Source: an uncultured archaeon (GTDB lineage: Archaea > Thermoproteota > Bathyarchaeia > TCS64). Taken from it: DNA of 64,000 nucleotides. The stretch covers positions 24,816 to 88,815 of the forward strand of contig CALIUM010000011.1 in the NCBI GenBank assembly GCA_938048735.1, read 5' to 3'. The stretch's first letter is position 1. Every line of letters begins with the position of its first letter. This document shows positions 56,142 through 64,000 of the stretch, in pieces. Below the pieces are notes generated by a model. The model saw only the letters and a program-made list of their open reading frames with translations. It ran no database searches and was not told where the DNA came from. A program made the position numbers and the translations under genes.

Positions 56142-56594
56142 CTAGAAGGAAGTGTATATCCAGGCGACTATGGAGCCATTGCTCAGCTGCCACCTATCGC
56201 AGGCAACCGGCCCATAGATCCACTCCCCCTTTCCAGGGTCAAAGTGGAACCAGAGCCAGAAGCGGTTTGGCTCCCCCCCAACCCCGTTTATTCGAGTTAC
56301 AAAGGCTCCATAATCTCCCATTATATATTCGACCTCGGCCACCCTCCTGGTAGCGTTGAGCAGGTTGGAATTTAATGGAAGACGAGTATTATTATACCAA
56401 ACGACGCTTCCATTTCCATAGTCTATCTTCAGGTTGATGATGATTGTGAGGCTCTCAAGATCCCTAAGGAGGGCCTCGTAGCTCCTCCGGTAAGCCTCTG
56501 CTTGGCTGTAATAGTTAAAGGCGAACATTGAGGCTGCTAGAGTTGTGCAGAGCAGAACTCCAGCAATCCACATCCATCCACTTTTCGCGTTCAT
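56142..56594 (-). CDS. DUF4430-like secreted/membrane-anchored protein (family frequently linked to ECF vitamin transporters)
   Basis: N-terminal TM/signal; 150 aa; immediately downstream of and co-oriented with an ECF S-component-like gene. Confidence 0.5.
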   Translation of the reverse strand: MNAKSGWMWIAGVLLCTTLAASMFAFNYYSQAEAYRRSYEALLRDLESLTIIINLKIDYGNGSVVWYNNTRLPLNSNLLNATRRVAEVEYIMGDYGAFVTRINGVGGEPNRFWLWFHFDPGKGEWIYGPVACDRWQLSNGSIVAWIYTSF

Positions 56595-56597
56595 CCC

Positions 56598-57170
56598 TCA
56601 TCCCTCCACCAGTTGGGATGGGTCTAAGCCCCCTAGGGGCAGGCGTCTGAGGGCTGTCAGAAGTGGGGAGGCCCCAACGAAGAAGAAGACCGTGTTCGAG
56701 AGTTCATGGATGAGGGCAAAGGGGATCCCGCCTAGCAGGACTACGGTTAAAGGCATCCCGACGACCAGGCCCGTGGCGATGTTTGTGAAGAGGTCGTAGA
56801 TGAAGGTGAGGATGAAGCCTATGAAGGCGAACCTGGCATCCATAAACCAGAGCCGGCCTGTTCCCCCTCCAGGGAGCTTCAAGCCCCCAAGGAGGCCCCC
56901 AATTATTCCATATATGCTCTCCCCGATGGATGTAGCTAGGAGGATTGGAAAAGAGAAGCCGTAGGGGTTTATGGTCCCATACACAAGCCATGTCAAGAAA
57001 CCCACAAGTCCACCTATTAGAGAGCCAAACCTGAAGCCCGAGCAGAAGACTATCAGATCCATAAACTTGACGTTAACAAAGCCTATCATAAGATAGTTGG
57101 TCGCCACACAGGTTGCCGTTAAGATGGCGATGAGGCCGACCGTTCTGGCATTACCCCGGCGAGGCTTCAT
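56598..57170 (-). CDS. ECF-transporter substrate-specific (S) component-like membrane protein
   Basis: 190 aa; ~6 TM helices with a Gly-rich helix pattern typical of S components; no cognate EcfA/EcfT in the window. Confidence 0.55.
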   Translation of the reverse strand: MKPRRGNARTVGLIAILTATCVATNYLMIGFVNVKFMDLIVFCSGFRFGSLIGGLVGFLTWLVYGTINPYGFSFPILLATSIGESIYGIIGGLLGGLKLPGGGTGRLWFMDARFAFIGFILTFIYDLFTNIATGLVVGMPLTVVLLGGIPFALIHELSNTVFFFVGASPLLTALRRLPLGGLDPSQLVEG

Positions 57171-57171
57171 C

Positions 57172-57190
57172 TGGATGGATTATCCATCCA
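57172..57190. repeat. Perfect 19-nt palindrome TGGATGGAT-T-ATCCATCCA abutting the start codon of the ECF-S gene
   Basis: Read directly; lies 2 nt upstream of the minus-strand ATG at 57170. Confidence 0.5.
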
Positions 57191-57601
57191 AGCAGATATA
57201 TTAACCTTACCTATACCTCATCAATTCACCGATGGTTCCAAGCCTTTCAGGGTCAGATGAACCAACATTATAAGCTCCCCTATGCATAGACATGGAAGAT
57301 TTGAGGTAGGGTGACTAGACCGGGAAGTGGATCCTCCAAATGGGAATCAACTATCACCTCTTCCAAGATCCTCGGTATAGGCATTCATTCAGGCTATGTT
57401 CAAAAACGGAGGGGATGCCGCAACTTCAAAAGGGGCATCCATTGAATGCCTGTTCGAAAGCCTCACAACCACAATAGGGTTAATTCTCCCATGAGATCAT
57501 GTGAGAGCAAAGGCGTGAGTTTAAAGATGTGACTGGGGATGAAGATCCAAACTAAGACTAGGAAGCCCCTCCCTCCAGAGGGATGGTAGCTCACAAATTG
57601 T

Positions 57602-57717
57602 TGGTCCCGCCCCCCGGAGTTGAACCGGGAACCCTCCGGTGTCTGCTCAATGGCTGGGTGCCTTCGCCCATTGGGCGAAAACTACAGCCGGATGCTCTAC
57701 CATTGAGCTAGGGCGGG
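57602..57717 (-). tRNA. tRNA-Tyr (anticodon GUA) with a 41-nt intron; C1:G72 pair; CCA encoded
   Basis: Acceptor CCCGCCC/GGGCGGG (C1-G72, an archaeal/eukaryal Tyr identity feature); D-arm GCTC-AATGGTA-GAGC; anticodon stem TCCGG/CCGGA with loop CTGTAG|intron|A; T-arm CCCGG-TTCAACT-CCGGG; A73 then CCA. Confidence 0.7.
57641..57681 (-). other. tRNA-Tyr intron (41 nt) at the canonical 37/38 position
   Basis: Lies between anticodon-loop nucleotide 37 and A38-CCGGA; the intron contains self-complementary GCCCAATGGGC. Confidence 0.6.
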
Positions 57718-57785
57718 CTGATCTAATTGGGCGGATAGGATTGTTATAAATTTTAGGTTTATTTTTAAATTCTTTTGAGGGTTTG

Positions 57786-59639
57786 CTATCTCTTTGTGTG
57801 GCTAGGGAAGTACTCCTTGTTTCCCGGGATGTAGAGGGCGTTGGAGTACTCCTCTATGAACTCTACGTCGACCAGTAGGTCTATGTATACCATCTTCTCA
57901 GCTATCTCCTTGGCTTTCTCCCTCATCTCCATCGACATGAGGGCCGCATAGGCTCCGGCGAGGGATCCATTCCCTATGGGGTGAACCTTAGCGTTTGGGA
58001 GCTCTGGGAAGATTCCTATCCTCGTCGCGTTATCAATATCCGCGTAGTTTCCGAATGCTCCTGCTAGGTAGAGGTGCTTCACGTCGTATATGCTCAGCTT
58101 CAGCTTCCTCATGAGGACTGTTATGGCTCCGCAGGCAGCCGCCTTGGAGTCCATTATGTAGTCTAGATCCTGTTGGGTTAAGACTATGTCTCTGCCTATG
58201 GCGGTCTCCTCCGCCGGGACGACCACATACTCCAGGCCATAGGGCCCCTCCCTCACAAGCGGTGTCTTGCCCGGGATCAGTTTCCCCACGAAGTCTAGGA
58301 GGCCCACGTCGTAGAGGGAGGCTACGAGGTCTATTATCCCAGAGCCGCATATCCCCTTCGGTCGGGTTCCCCCTATAACGGAGATCTCGGCCCTATATGT
58401 ATCAGGGTCTATCCTCACCCTCTCTATGCCCCCCTCCGCCCCCCTCATCCCGTATCTTATTCCTCCCCCCTCGAAGGCCGGCCCTGAGGCGCAGCTGCTT
58501 GAGAATAGCCAGCTATTATTACCGAATATGATCTCGCCGTTTGTCCCGAGGTCGACTAGGAGGGATATCTCTTCGGAGTCGTACATGCCTGAGGCTAGGA
58601 CATCCCCCACAGCGTCTCCGCCTAGGAATCTGCTCACGTTTGGTAGGCAGTAGACATAGGCTTCTGGGTTCACCCTCAACCCTATCACTTTAGCCTTCCT
58701 CACTATTGGGGTTCTTGAGACCTCCACATTCGCCTCGTCGAGATATGTGGGGTCAAGCCCGTTTAGTAGGTGGTTCATCACGGTGTTCCCCCCCACGCAG
58801 ACATCGCTTATCATGCGGGGGTCTATGCCTGTCTCTGAGGCGAGTCTATCCAGAATGGTGTTTATAGTCTCGACGACGGCTTTCTGAAGCTTTATGAGGC
58901 CATCCCTCTCCCCAGCCACCGCTATCCTGGTGACTAGCTCCTCACCGTAGGTTATCTGCCTGTTCATCTCCGATGCTCTGGCCATGATCCTCCCGGAGTT
59001 TAACTCCACTACTTCTCCCACCACTGTGGTTGTTCCTACGTCGAGGGCTAGGCCATAGTTGGATTCGGTGTCGTCTCCTGGTCTGAGGTTCACCACCTCT
59101 GGGAAGCCCCCTGTCCATGTTATGGTCGCGGTCATGGTCTCCACATGGGCGAATTCCCGAAGCCTATCGTACATCTCGTCCGTGATCATGGGATGGGGAC
59201 CTCTGTAATTATCGAGCTGGAGCCTATAGTGTTCGATGGGAATGAGCGCACTCCTAACCCTCTGAACCCTCGCCAGATACTTTCTAGAGCCCGGGTTTGG
59301 GCTGGGGATCCTAAGCTCCGCCTCCAGCAGGATCTTGGGCTTCTCAACCCTGCTCTCCACGGGTATAGTGAAGGTGGAGTCGCTGAGGATTCTCGTCATG
59401 CAGGCAAGGTGATATCCCTGTCTCCGCTCCCCTTCTGTGAGGAGCTTCATCTCTGGCTCTTCGGAGACCTCCTCGATGCTCCCCTTCTCTAGGATGACTT
59501 TACACTTCCCGCACTTCCCCTTCCCCCCGCATATGCTCTCTATACTTATTCCCGCCTCCCTCAGCAGCTGAAGTAATATGGCTCCTTTCTCGGCCTCGAT
59601 CACCCTGTTCAGCGGCTTCACGAGAACTCTGACCTTCAA
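57786..59639 (-). CDS. RACo-like protein: N-terminal 2Fe-2S ferredoxin domain fused to an ASKHA-fold ATPase (DUF4445/COG3894)
   Basis: Plant-type ferredoxin Cys motif CGGKGKCGKCKV...C; acetate/sugar-kinase-like phosphate motifs (LALDVGTTT, LVDLGTNGE); 617 aa. Confidence 0.7.
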   Translation of the reverse strand: MKVRVLVKPLNRVIEAEKGAILLQLLREAGISIESICGGKGKCGKCKVILEKGSIEEVSEEPEMKLLTEGERRQGYHLACMTRILSDSTFTIPVESRVEKPKILLEAELRIPSPNPGSRKYLARVQRVRSALIPIEHYRLQLDNYRGPHPMITDEMYDRLREFAHVETMTATITWTGGFPEVVNLRPGDDTESNYGLALDVGTTTVVGEVVELNSGRIMARASEMNRQITYGEELVTRIAVAGERDGLIKLQKAVVETINTILDRLASETGIDPRMISDVCVGGNTVMNHLLNGLDPTYLDEANVEVSRTPIVRKAKVIGLRVNPEAYVYCLPNVSRFLGGDAVGDVLASGMYDSEEISLLVDLGTNGEIIFGNNSWLFSSSCASGPAFEGGGIRYGMRGAEGGIERVRIDPDTYRAEISVIGGTRPKGICGSGIIDLVASLYDVGLLDFVGKLIPGKTPLVREGPYGLEYVVVPAEETAIGRDIVLTQQDLDYIMDSKAAACGAITVLMRKLKLSIYDVKHLYLAGAFGNYADIDNATRIGIFPELPNAKVHPIGNGSLAGAYAALMSMEMREKAKEIAEKMVYIDLLVDVEFIEEYSNALYIPGNKEYFPSHTKR

Positions 59640-59689
59640 GTCCTCAACTCAAGGAGGATCTGGGTTTAAAAAGGTTAGCGGACCCTGCT

Positions 59690-60775
59690 TTAACCCTTTA
59701 ACCCCAGGAATCTAGGTATCGTCTCCGAGTATGGGGGCCTCAATACGCCGTTCTCGGTTATGAAGCCCGTTACATACCTTGCAGGGGTTATATCGAAGGA
59801 GGGGTTTCTCACAGGGGTATCCTTACCCATTATCAGGATCCTAGATAGCTCCCCCACCTCATTCAATCCATATATATATCTCACCTCTTCCTCGCTCCTC
59901 TCCTCCAACTCTATGTGATCCCCATCTTTGCAGTTTGGGTCGAAGGTCATCTTTGGGGCTGCGACGTAGAACGGGATCCCATTCTCTGCGGCTAGGACCG
60001 CTTTCTCATAGGTTCCTATCTTGTTGGCGAAGTCCCCGTTGAGGGCAACGCGGTCGGCTCCAACTATGACCATGTCCACCTCGCCCCGCCTCATATAATA
60101 GCCGGCTGCATTATCCACTATGACGGCGTAGGGGATGCCTTCCTGTTCAAGCTCCCAGGCTGTGAGCATGGCCCCCTGGAGCCTCGGCCTAGTCTCATCG
60201 ACCAAGACTAGGATCCTCTTCCCCTGTTGATGGGCGAGCCTTATGGGGCTAAGGGCTGTTCCATAGTCTATGAAGGCCAGGGCTCCGGCGTTGCAGTGGG
60301 TCAGGATCCTAGCCCCATCCGGGATGAGAGGGTTGCCGAACTCTCCTATCCTTCTAGAGGCCTCGAGATCCTCCTCGGCTATGGCATCAGCCTCGGAGAG
60401 CACGCTCATAACGGGGTTCTCTAGGTGCCCTTCGGCCGCCCTGAGGCACCTATCGATGGAGTGGAATAGGTTCACAGCTGTAGGCCTTGTTCTTCTGAGG
60501 AGGGTGGCCGCTGACTCCAGATAGGTTCTGATATCCTCTTTGAGTTCCTCAGCCTCTAGGGCTGCTTGGGCCATGCCATAGGCCGCCGCTACCCCTATAG
60601 CTCCAGCACCTCTGACGATCATGCTCCTTATGGCCTCGGCTGTCTCCTCATGCCTCCATGTGGATACTATCTCGAACTTGTGGGGGAGCTTCCTCTGGTC
60701 GATCATGTGGACCAACCTCCCCTCTCTCCAGATGGTTCTGAACTCCTTTACCTCCCCTCCCACCTTCACCCTCAT
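59690..60775 (-). CDS. eIF-2B alpha/beta/delta-family isomerase (methylthioribose-1-phosphate isomerase MtnA / ribose-1,5-bisphosphate isomerase type)
   Basis: Conserved family blocks (IRSMIVRGAGAIG...THCNAG.LA...GTAL...VDETRP.LQG...IVGADRV..NGD..NKIGT); 361 aa. Confidence 0.75.
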   Translation of the reverse strand: MRVKVGGEVKEFRTIWREGRLVHMIDQRKLPHKFEIVSTWRHEETAEAIRSMIVRGAGAIGVAAAYGMAQAALEAEELKEDIRTYLESAATLLRRTRPTAVNLFHSIDRCLRAAEGHLENPVMSVLSEADAIAEEDLEASRRIGEFGNPLIPDGARILTHCNAGALAFIDYGTALSPIRLAHQQGKRILVLVDETRPRLQGAMLTAWELEQEGIPYAVIVDNAAGYYMRRGEVDMVIVGADRVALNGDFANKIGTYEKAVLAAENGIPFYVAAPKMTFDPNCKDGDHIELEERSEEEVRYIYGLNEVGELSRILIMGKDTPVRNPSFDITPARYVTGFITENGVLRPPYSETIPRFLGLKG

Positions 60776-60908
60776 CCTCTCTCGCCCCCGACCCTCCTCC
60801 TAGATCTCGGAAGTTTAAAGGCCTGTGGCCCTCTCACCCTTAGGTTACTCTCATAGGCTGAGAGGATAAATCTATAGAGGACCATTACCCTAGCTTTAAA
60901 AGGAAGCC

Positions 60909-61451
60909 TTGAACCCATCCCTCGACGATGTCTGCTTTGCTTATGAGAACAGCACCGTGAGGCTCATAGCTACGAGGGATATACCCAGAATTGAGACTGC
61001 TGGGCTGGTGATAGAGGAGACCGCGGCGAACAGCGAGTTGAGGGTTAACCTATGGGTGGCGTGGGAGCTTGTGGAGGCAGGCCTAGCCCGCTTCGCGGAT
61101 GGGGGCCTAAAATCGGATGAGCTGATCCAAGCCCATTATCGTGAGCGCCTCCAGCCCCTAGGGCAGCTATCCGCCCTGCCCGACAGATTTTATGCTCAAG
61201 CGTACATCACCTTCAATCAGCTGACTAGGGAGGCTAAGGGGGAGGAGGCCCGCTTGGCACACCTGAACAGGCTGAGGGGGATGTTCAGGGATATCCTTGA
61301 GAGCAGGCTAAATAAGATCGTTAGACTCGCCTCCTCAGAGATAGCCTCACCCCCGAAGGAACTCCAGAACGAGGAGGCTCAGCTCTTTAGGGAGCTGAAT
61401 AGGAAGATCTCAGCCTGGAGGAGGATGCTGAGGAGGGTAGGAGAGAGGTGA
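60909..61451 (+). CDS. Putative GINS subunit (Gins23-like) encoded immediately upstream of and overlapping mcm
   Basis: 180-aa alpha-helical protein; 4-nt overlap with the MCM start; the GINS23-MCM operon arrangement is known in Sulfolobales; sequence assignment is weak. Confidence 0.5.
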   Translation: MNPSLDDVCFAYENSTVRLIATRDIPRIETAGLVIEETAANSELRVNLWVAWELVEAGLARFADGGLKSDELIQAHYRERLQPLGQLSALPDRFYAQAYITFNQLTREAKGEEARLAHLNRLRGMFRDILESRLNKIVRLASSEIASPPKELQNEEAQLFRELNRKISAWRRMLRRVGER

Positions 61452-63514
61452 ACATAGAGGCACTCCAAGCCCAGCCAGAGGAGGCCTTCAAAGGGTTCAT
61501 AGAGGAGTTCAGGGATCCTGAGGGGAGGCTGAAGTACGAGCAAGCCATCTCGGAGCTGGCTGTGAGGAGGCTAAAATCCCTAATTGTCGAGTTTAAGGAC
61601 CTATACACCTTCGACTCCTCCTTGGCAAATAGCATATTAGAGGATCCCGAAAGCTATCTCCCCAGCCTTGAGGCCGCAGCCTTCTCAAAGCTCAGGATGA
61701 GGGATCCTGAGTACGCGAACAGGATTGGAGGCATCCACGTCAGGATAAGGGGCCTCCCGGTCGAGATCCCCCTCCGCAGGATAGGGGCGGACTGCATAGG
61801 GAGGCTTGTGATGGTTAGCGGCATCATAGTCAGAGCGACAACAGTCACCCCGGTCCTCATAAAGGCCGTATTCAGATGCGACTCCTGCGGTGAGCTGAAC
61901 CACGTCGACCAGTCATCATCCACGAGCCAGTATATGAGGATGCCCCAGAAATGTGTTCACTGTGGGAGCCGAAGGGGCTTCGAACTCGAGCCTAGGGAGT
62001 CTATCTTCATAGATTCCCAGAGGATAACCCTACAGGAAAAGCCTGAGGAGCTCCCCCCCGGGCAGCTCCCTAGATCCTTGAACATAAGCCTCCTTGACGA
62101 CTTAGTGGATATGGCTAGGCCCGGTGATAGAGTTCAGGTAACCGGGACCATTGAGCTTCTCCCTAGGCAGGGTAGGGGCGGCCCCCTCCGCTCCTTCGAC
62201 TTCCTCCTGAAGGCGAACAACGTCGATGTGATCGGTAGAGAGCAGGAGATGCAAGAGATAACTCCAGAGGATGAGTCTAGAATTAAGGAGCTGGCGTCAG
62301 ACCCATGGATCCATAGGAAGATACTCCAATCCATAGCTCCCTCGATCCACGGCTACGAGACTGTGAAGGAGGCGATTATGTACCTCCTATTTGGAGGGGT
62401 TCCAAAGGAGCTTCCAGACATAAGGATAAGGGGGGACATCAATGTCCTCTTGATCGGGGATCCCGGCACTGGGAAGAGCCAGATGCTTCAGTACGCGGCG
62501 AGGATCGCCCCTAGGGGGCTATACACTACGGGGAGGGGATCCACAGCGGCGGGCCTAACCGCGGCGGTTGTGAGGGAAGGCGGGACTGGGAGCTTCATCC
62601 TTGAGGCGGGGGCCCTGGTTCTAGGGGATATGGGGGTCTGCTGCATAGATGAGATGGACAAGATGAGGGAGGAGGATAGGAGCGCCATCCACCCAGCTAT
62701 GGAGCAGCAGGTGGTCTCCATAGCTAAGGGGGGGATAGTGGCAACCCTTAACGCTAGATCCTCCATCTTGGCGGCGGCTAATCCAGCCCTTGGACGGTAC
62801 AACCCGTATCAGACCGTGGCCCAGAATATCAACCTACCCGTGACCATTCTGAGCAGGTTCGACTTGATTTTCATACTCCAGGATAAGCCTGAGGCGGACA
62901 GGGACTCGAGGATGGCTGAGCACATACTGGACCTCCACAGGTCCATTGGAAACCCGAGGGTAGCCCCCATAGACCAGGAGACTTTGAAGAAGTACATCAG
63001 CTACTCGAAGAGGATAAGGCCGGTCCTGTCGGATGAGGCCTCCAGACGCCTGAGGGACTTCTATGTCAAGATGAGGGCAGCCTCCACCGAGGGGGGTGAG
63101 GCCTCGGCGATAAGCATAACCCCGAGGCAGCTCGAGTCGCTGATAAGGCTGGCCGAGGCTAGGGCCAGGGTCCACCTGAGGGGTGAGGTGACGGTGGAGG
63201 ACGCCGAGGCCGTCATAGCCCTCATGCAGAGAAGCTTGGAGCAGGTGGGAATAGACCTGACCACTGGTAGGATCGACATAGACATAATCTACACAGGGAA
63301 GCCCAGAAGCCTCCAAGTCCAGCTCCAGAGGGTCCTGAGCCTCATAGCCGATATGGAGAGATCGACCGGTGTGGTGAGGGATGAGGATCTATACAACGCT
63401 CTCCAGGAAGAGCACCAGATAGGCAGGGCTGAGGCTGCTAAGCTGATAGGGATCCTGATGAGGGATGGAACCATATACTCCCCCAGGCCAGGTTTCTACA
63501 AGAGAACGGCCTAG
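61448..63514 (+). CDS. mcm: MCM replicative helicase
   Basis: Zinc finger CDSCG...CVHCG; Walker A GDPGTGKSQML; Walker B CCIDEMDKM; arginine finger SRFDLIF; C-terminal winged helix. Confidence 0.95.
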   Translation: MNIEALQAQPEEAFKGFIEEFRDPEGRLKYEQAISELAVRRLKSLIVEFKDLYTFDSSLANSILEDPESYLPSLEAAAFSKLRMRDPEYANRIGGIHVRIRGLPVEIPLRRIGADCIGRLVMVSGIIVRATTVTPVLIKAVFRCDSCGELNHVDQSSSTSQYMRMPQKCVHCGSRRGFELEPRESIFIDSQRITLQEKPEELPPGQLPRSLNISLLDDLVDMARPGDRVQVTGTIELLPRQGRGGPLRSFDFLLKANNVDVIGREQEMQEITPEDESRIKELASDPWIHRKILQSIAPSIHGYETVKEAIMYLLFGGVPKELPDIRIRGDINVLLIGDPGTGKSQMLQYAARIAPRGLYTTGRGSTAAGLTAAVVREGGTGSFILEAGALVLGDMGVCCIDEMDKMREEDRSAIHPAMEQQVVSIAKGGIVATLNARSSILAAANPALGRYNPYQTVAQNINLPVTILSRFDLIFILQDKPEADRDSRMAEHILDLHRSIGNPRVAPIDQETLKKYISYSKRIRPVLSDEASRRLRDFYVKMRAASTEGGEASAISITPRQLESLIRLAEARARVHLRGEVTVEDAEAVIALMQRSLEQVGIDLTTGRIDIDIIYTGKPRSLQVQLQRVLSLIADMERSTGVVRDEDLYNALQEEHQIGRAEAAKLIGILMRDGTIYSPRPGFYKRTA

Positions 63515-63559
63515 CCCACTAAGATAAAAATGTGTAATGGTCTTGGGGTTGTGGGTCTT

Positions 63560-63991
63560 TTAACGCCTCCTAGGTTTGGTTATTATCTCCTGAACCCTAA
63601 GGTCGAAGATGTCGCTTAGATGGGCTGGCTTTATCACTACGGCGGTGTCCGCGCCCCGCCCGGTTCCGGCTATGGCTATGACCTCTTTATCCACCGGGAT
63701 AAGGCCGGCGTCCGCGGCCATCGCCGTGATCTCGACGCAGACCTTCATACCCTCACAGAAGAGCCTTAAGGTATTAGCCATAAGCTCAGCGGGCCCTAAG
63801 GTGTTGAACTTCTTCCTTATAGCTCTGCTCACACCGGCGAAGGCATGGCTCGCTGTAAGGATCTTACCCCCTCCCTTTCTTATCTTCTCGGCCGCCTCCT
63901 CCTCGAGCTCCAGCTTCCCGGGCTCCCTGAACCCCGCTGAATGGGTGACCACGATGACGTTGAAGCCCTTGAATGTCTCCACTGCCTTCAC
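63560..63991 (-). CDS. Conserved hypothetical protein (possibly PK_C-like/COG1751-type alpha/beta domain); may extend beyond the window edge
   Basis: 143-aa ORF with a Gly-rich alpha/beta pattern (IAIAGTGRGADTAVVIKPA); upstream region truncated by the window end. Confidence 0.4.
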   Translation of the reverse strand: MKAVETFKGFNVIVVTHSAGFREPGKLELEEEAAEKIRKGGGKILTASHAFAGVSRAIRKKFNTLGPAELMANTLRLFCEGMKVCVEITAMAADAGLIPVDKEVIAIAGTGRGADTAVVIKPAHLSDIFDLRVQEIITKPRRR

Positions 63992-64000
63992 CCCAGTGGA

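Noticed and set aside
1-64000. CRISPR arrays, IS elements/transposases, integrases
   Set aside because: I looked for regularly spaced direct repeats and for DDE/tyrosine-recombinase-like ORFs, especially near the three tRNAs and the AT-rich islands. None were found. The only tandem repeat is the 2 x 20 bp at 54231-54270.

Overview
This window reads as a chromosomal segment from a thermophilic archaeon, probably a crenarchaeote of the Thermoproteales or Thermofilum type. Three observations support that: the background GC content is high, two of the three tRNA genes carry introns, and a GINS gene sits directly upstream of MCM. The tRNA-Tyr starts with a C1:G72 pair, and the tRNA-Ile has a 144-nt intron at the canonical 37/38 position.

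Most of the window is dense housekeeping coding sequence:
- Translation: partial aRF1, valyl-tRNA synthetase, EF-2, ribosomal protein S26e, and a tRNA-binding protein.
- Replication: ATP-dependent DNA ligase and MCM, plus an 180-aa GINS candidate (probably Gins23 by position) overlapping the MCM start.
- Purine synthesis: PurF and PurC, plus a PurN-like formyltransferase elsewhere in the window.
- Carbon and lipid metabolism: a Fae-Hps fusion for the ribulose monophosphate shunt, glycerate kinase, gamma-glutamyltranspeptidase, and a CDP-alcohol phosphatidyltransferase.
- Transport and envelope: an ABC importer, several secreted or membrane-anchored hydrolases, and an ECF-S/DUF4430 uptake module.
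- A HEPN/MNT toxin-antitoxin pair.

The outstanding feature is an ~8.2 kb strongly AT-rich island at ~33.5-41.7 kb that interrupts the GC-rich chromosome. It encodes:
- a type-I membrane surface protein;
- an 889-aa protein whose N-terminal domain carries the FtsZ/tubulin GTPase motifs, including an intact GGGTGSG tubulin signature, followed by a ~560-aa coiled-coil tail;
- a convergently oriented, motif-degenerate FtsZ-like paralog;
- a 784-aa polytopic membrane protein with a long coiled-coil cytoplasmic domain;
- a 317-aa Lys/Ile/Glu-rich protein.

I interpret this as a horizontally acquired, previously uncharacterised FtsZ/tubulin-superfamily module, possibly for cytoskeleton, membrane remodelling or DNA segregation, and possibly derived from a mobile element or virus. 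A second small AT-rich islet lies at ~21.85-23.4 kb. No CRISPR arrays, integrases, transposases or rRNA genes were seen.
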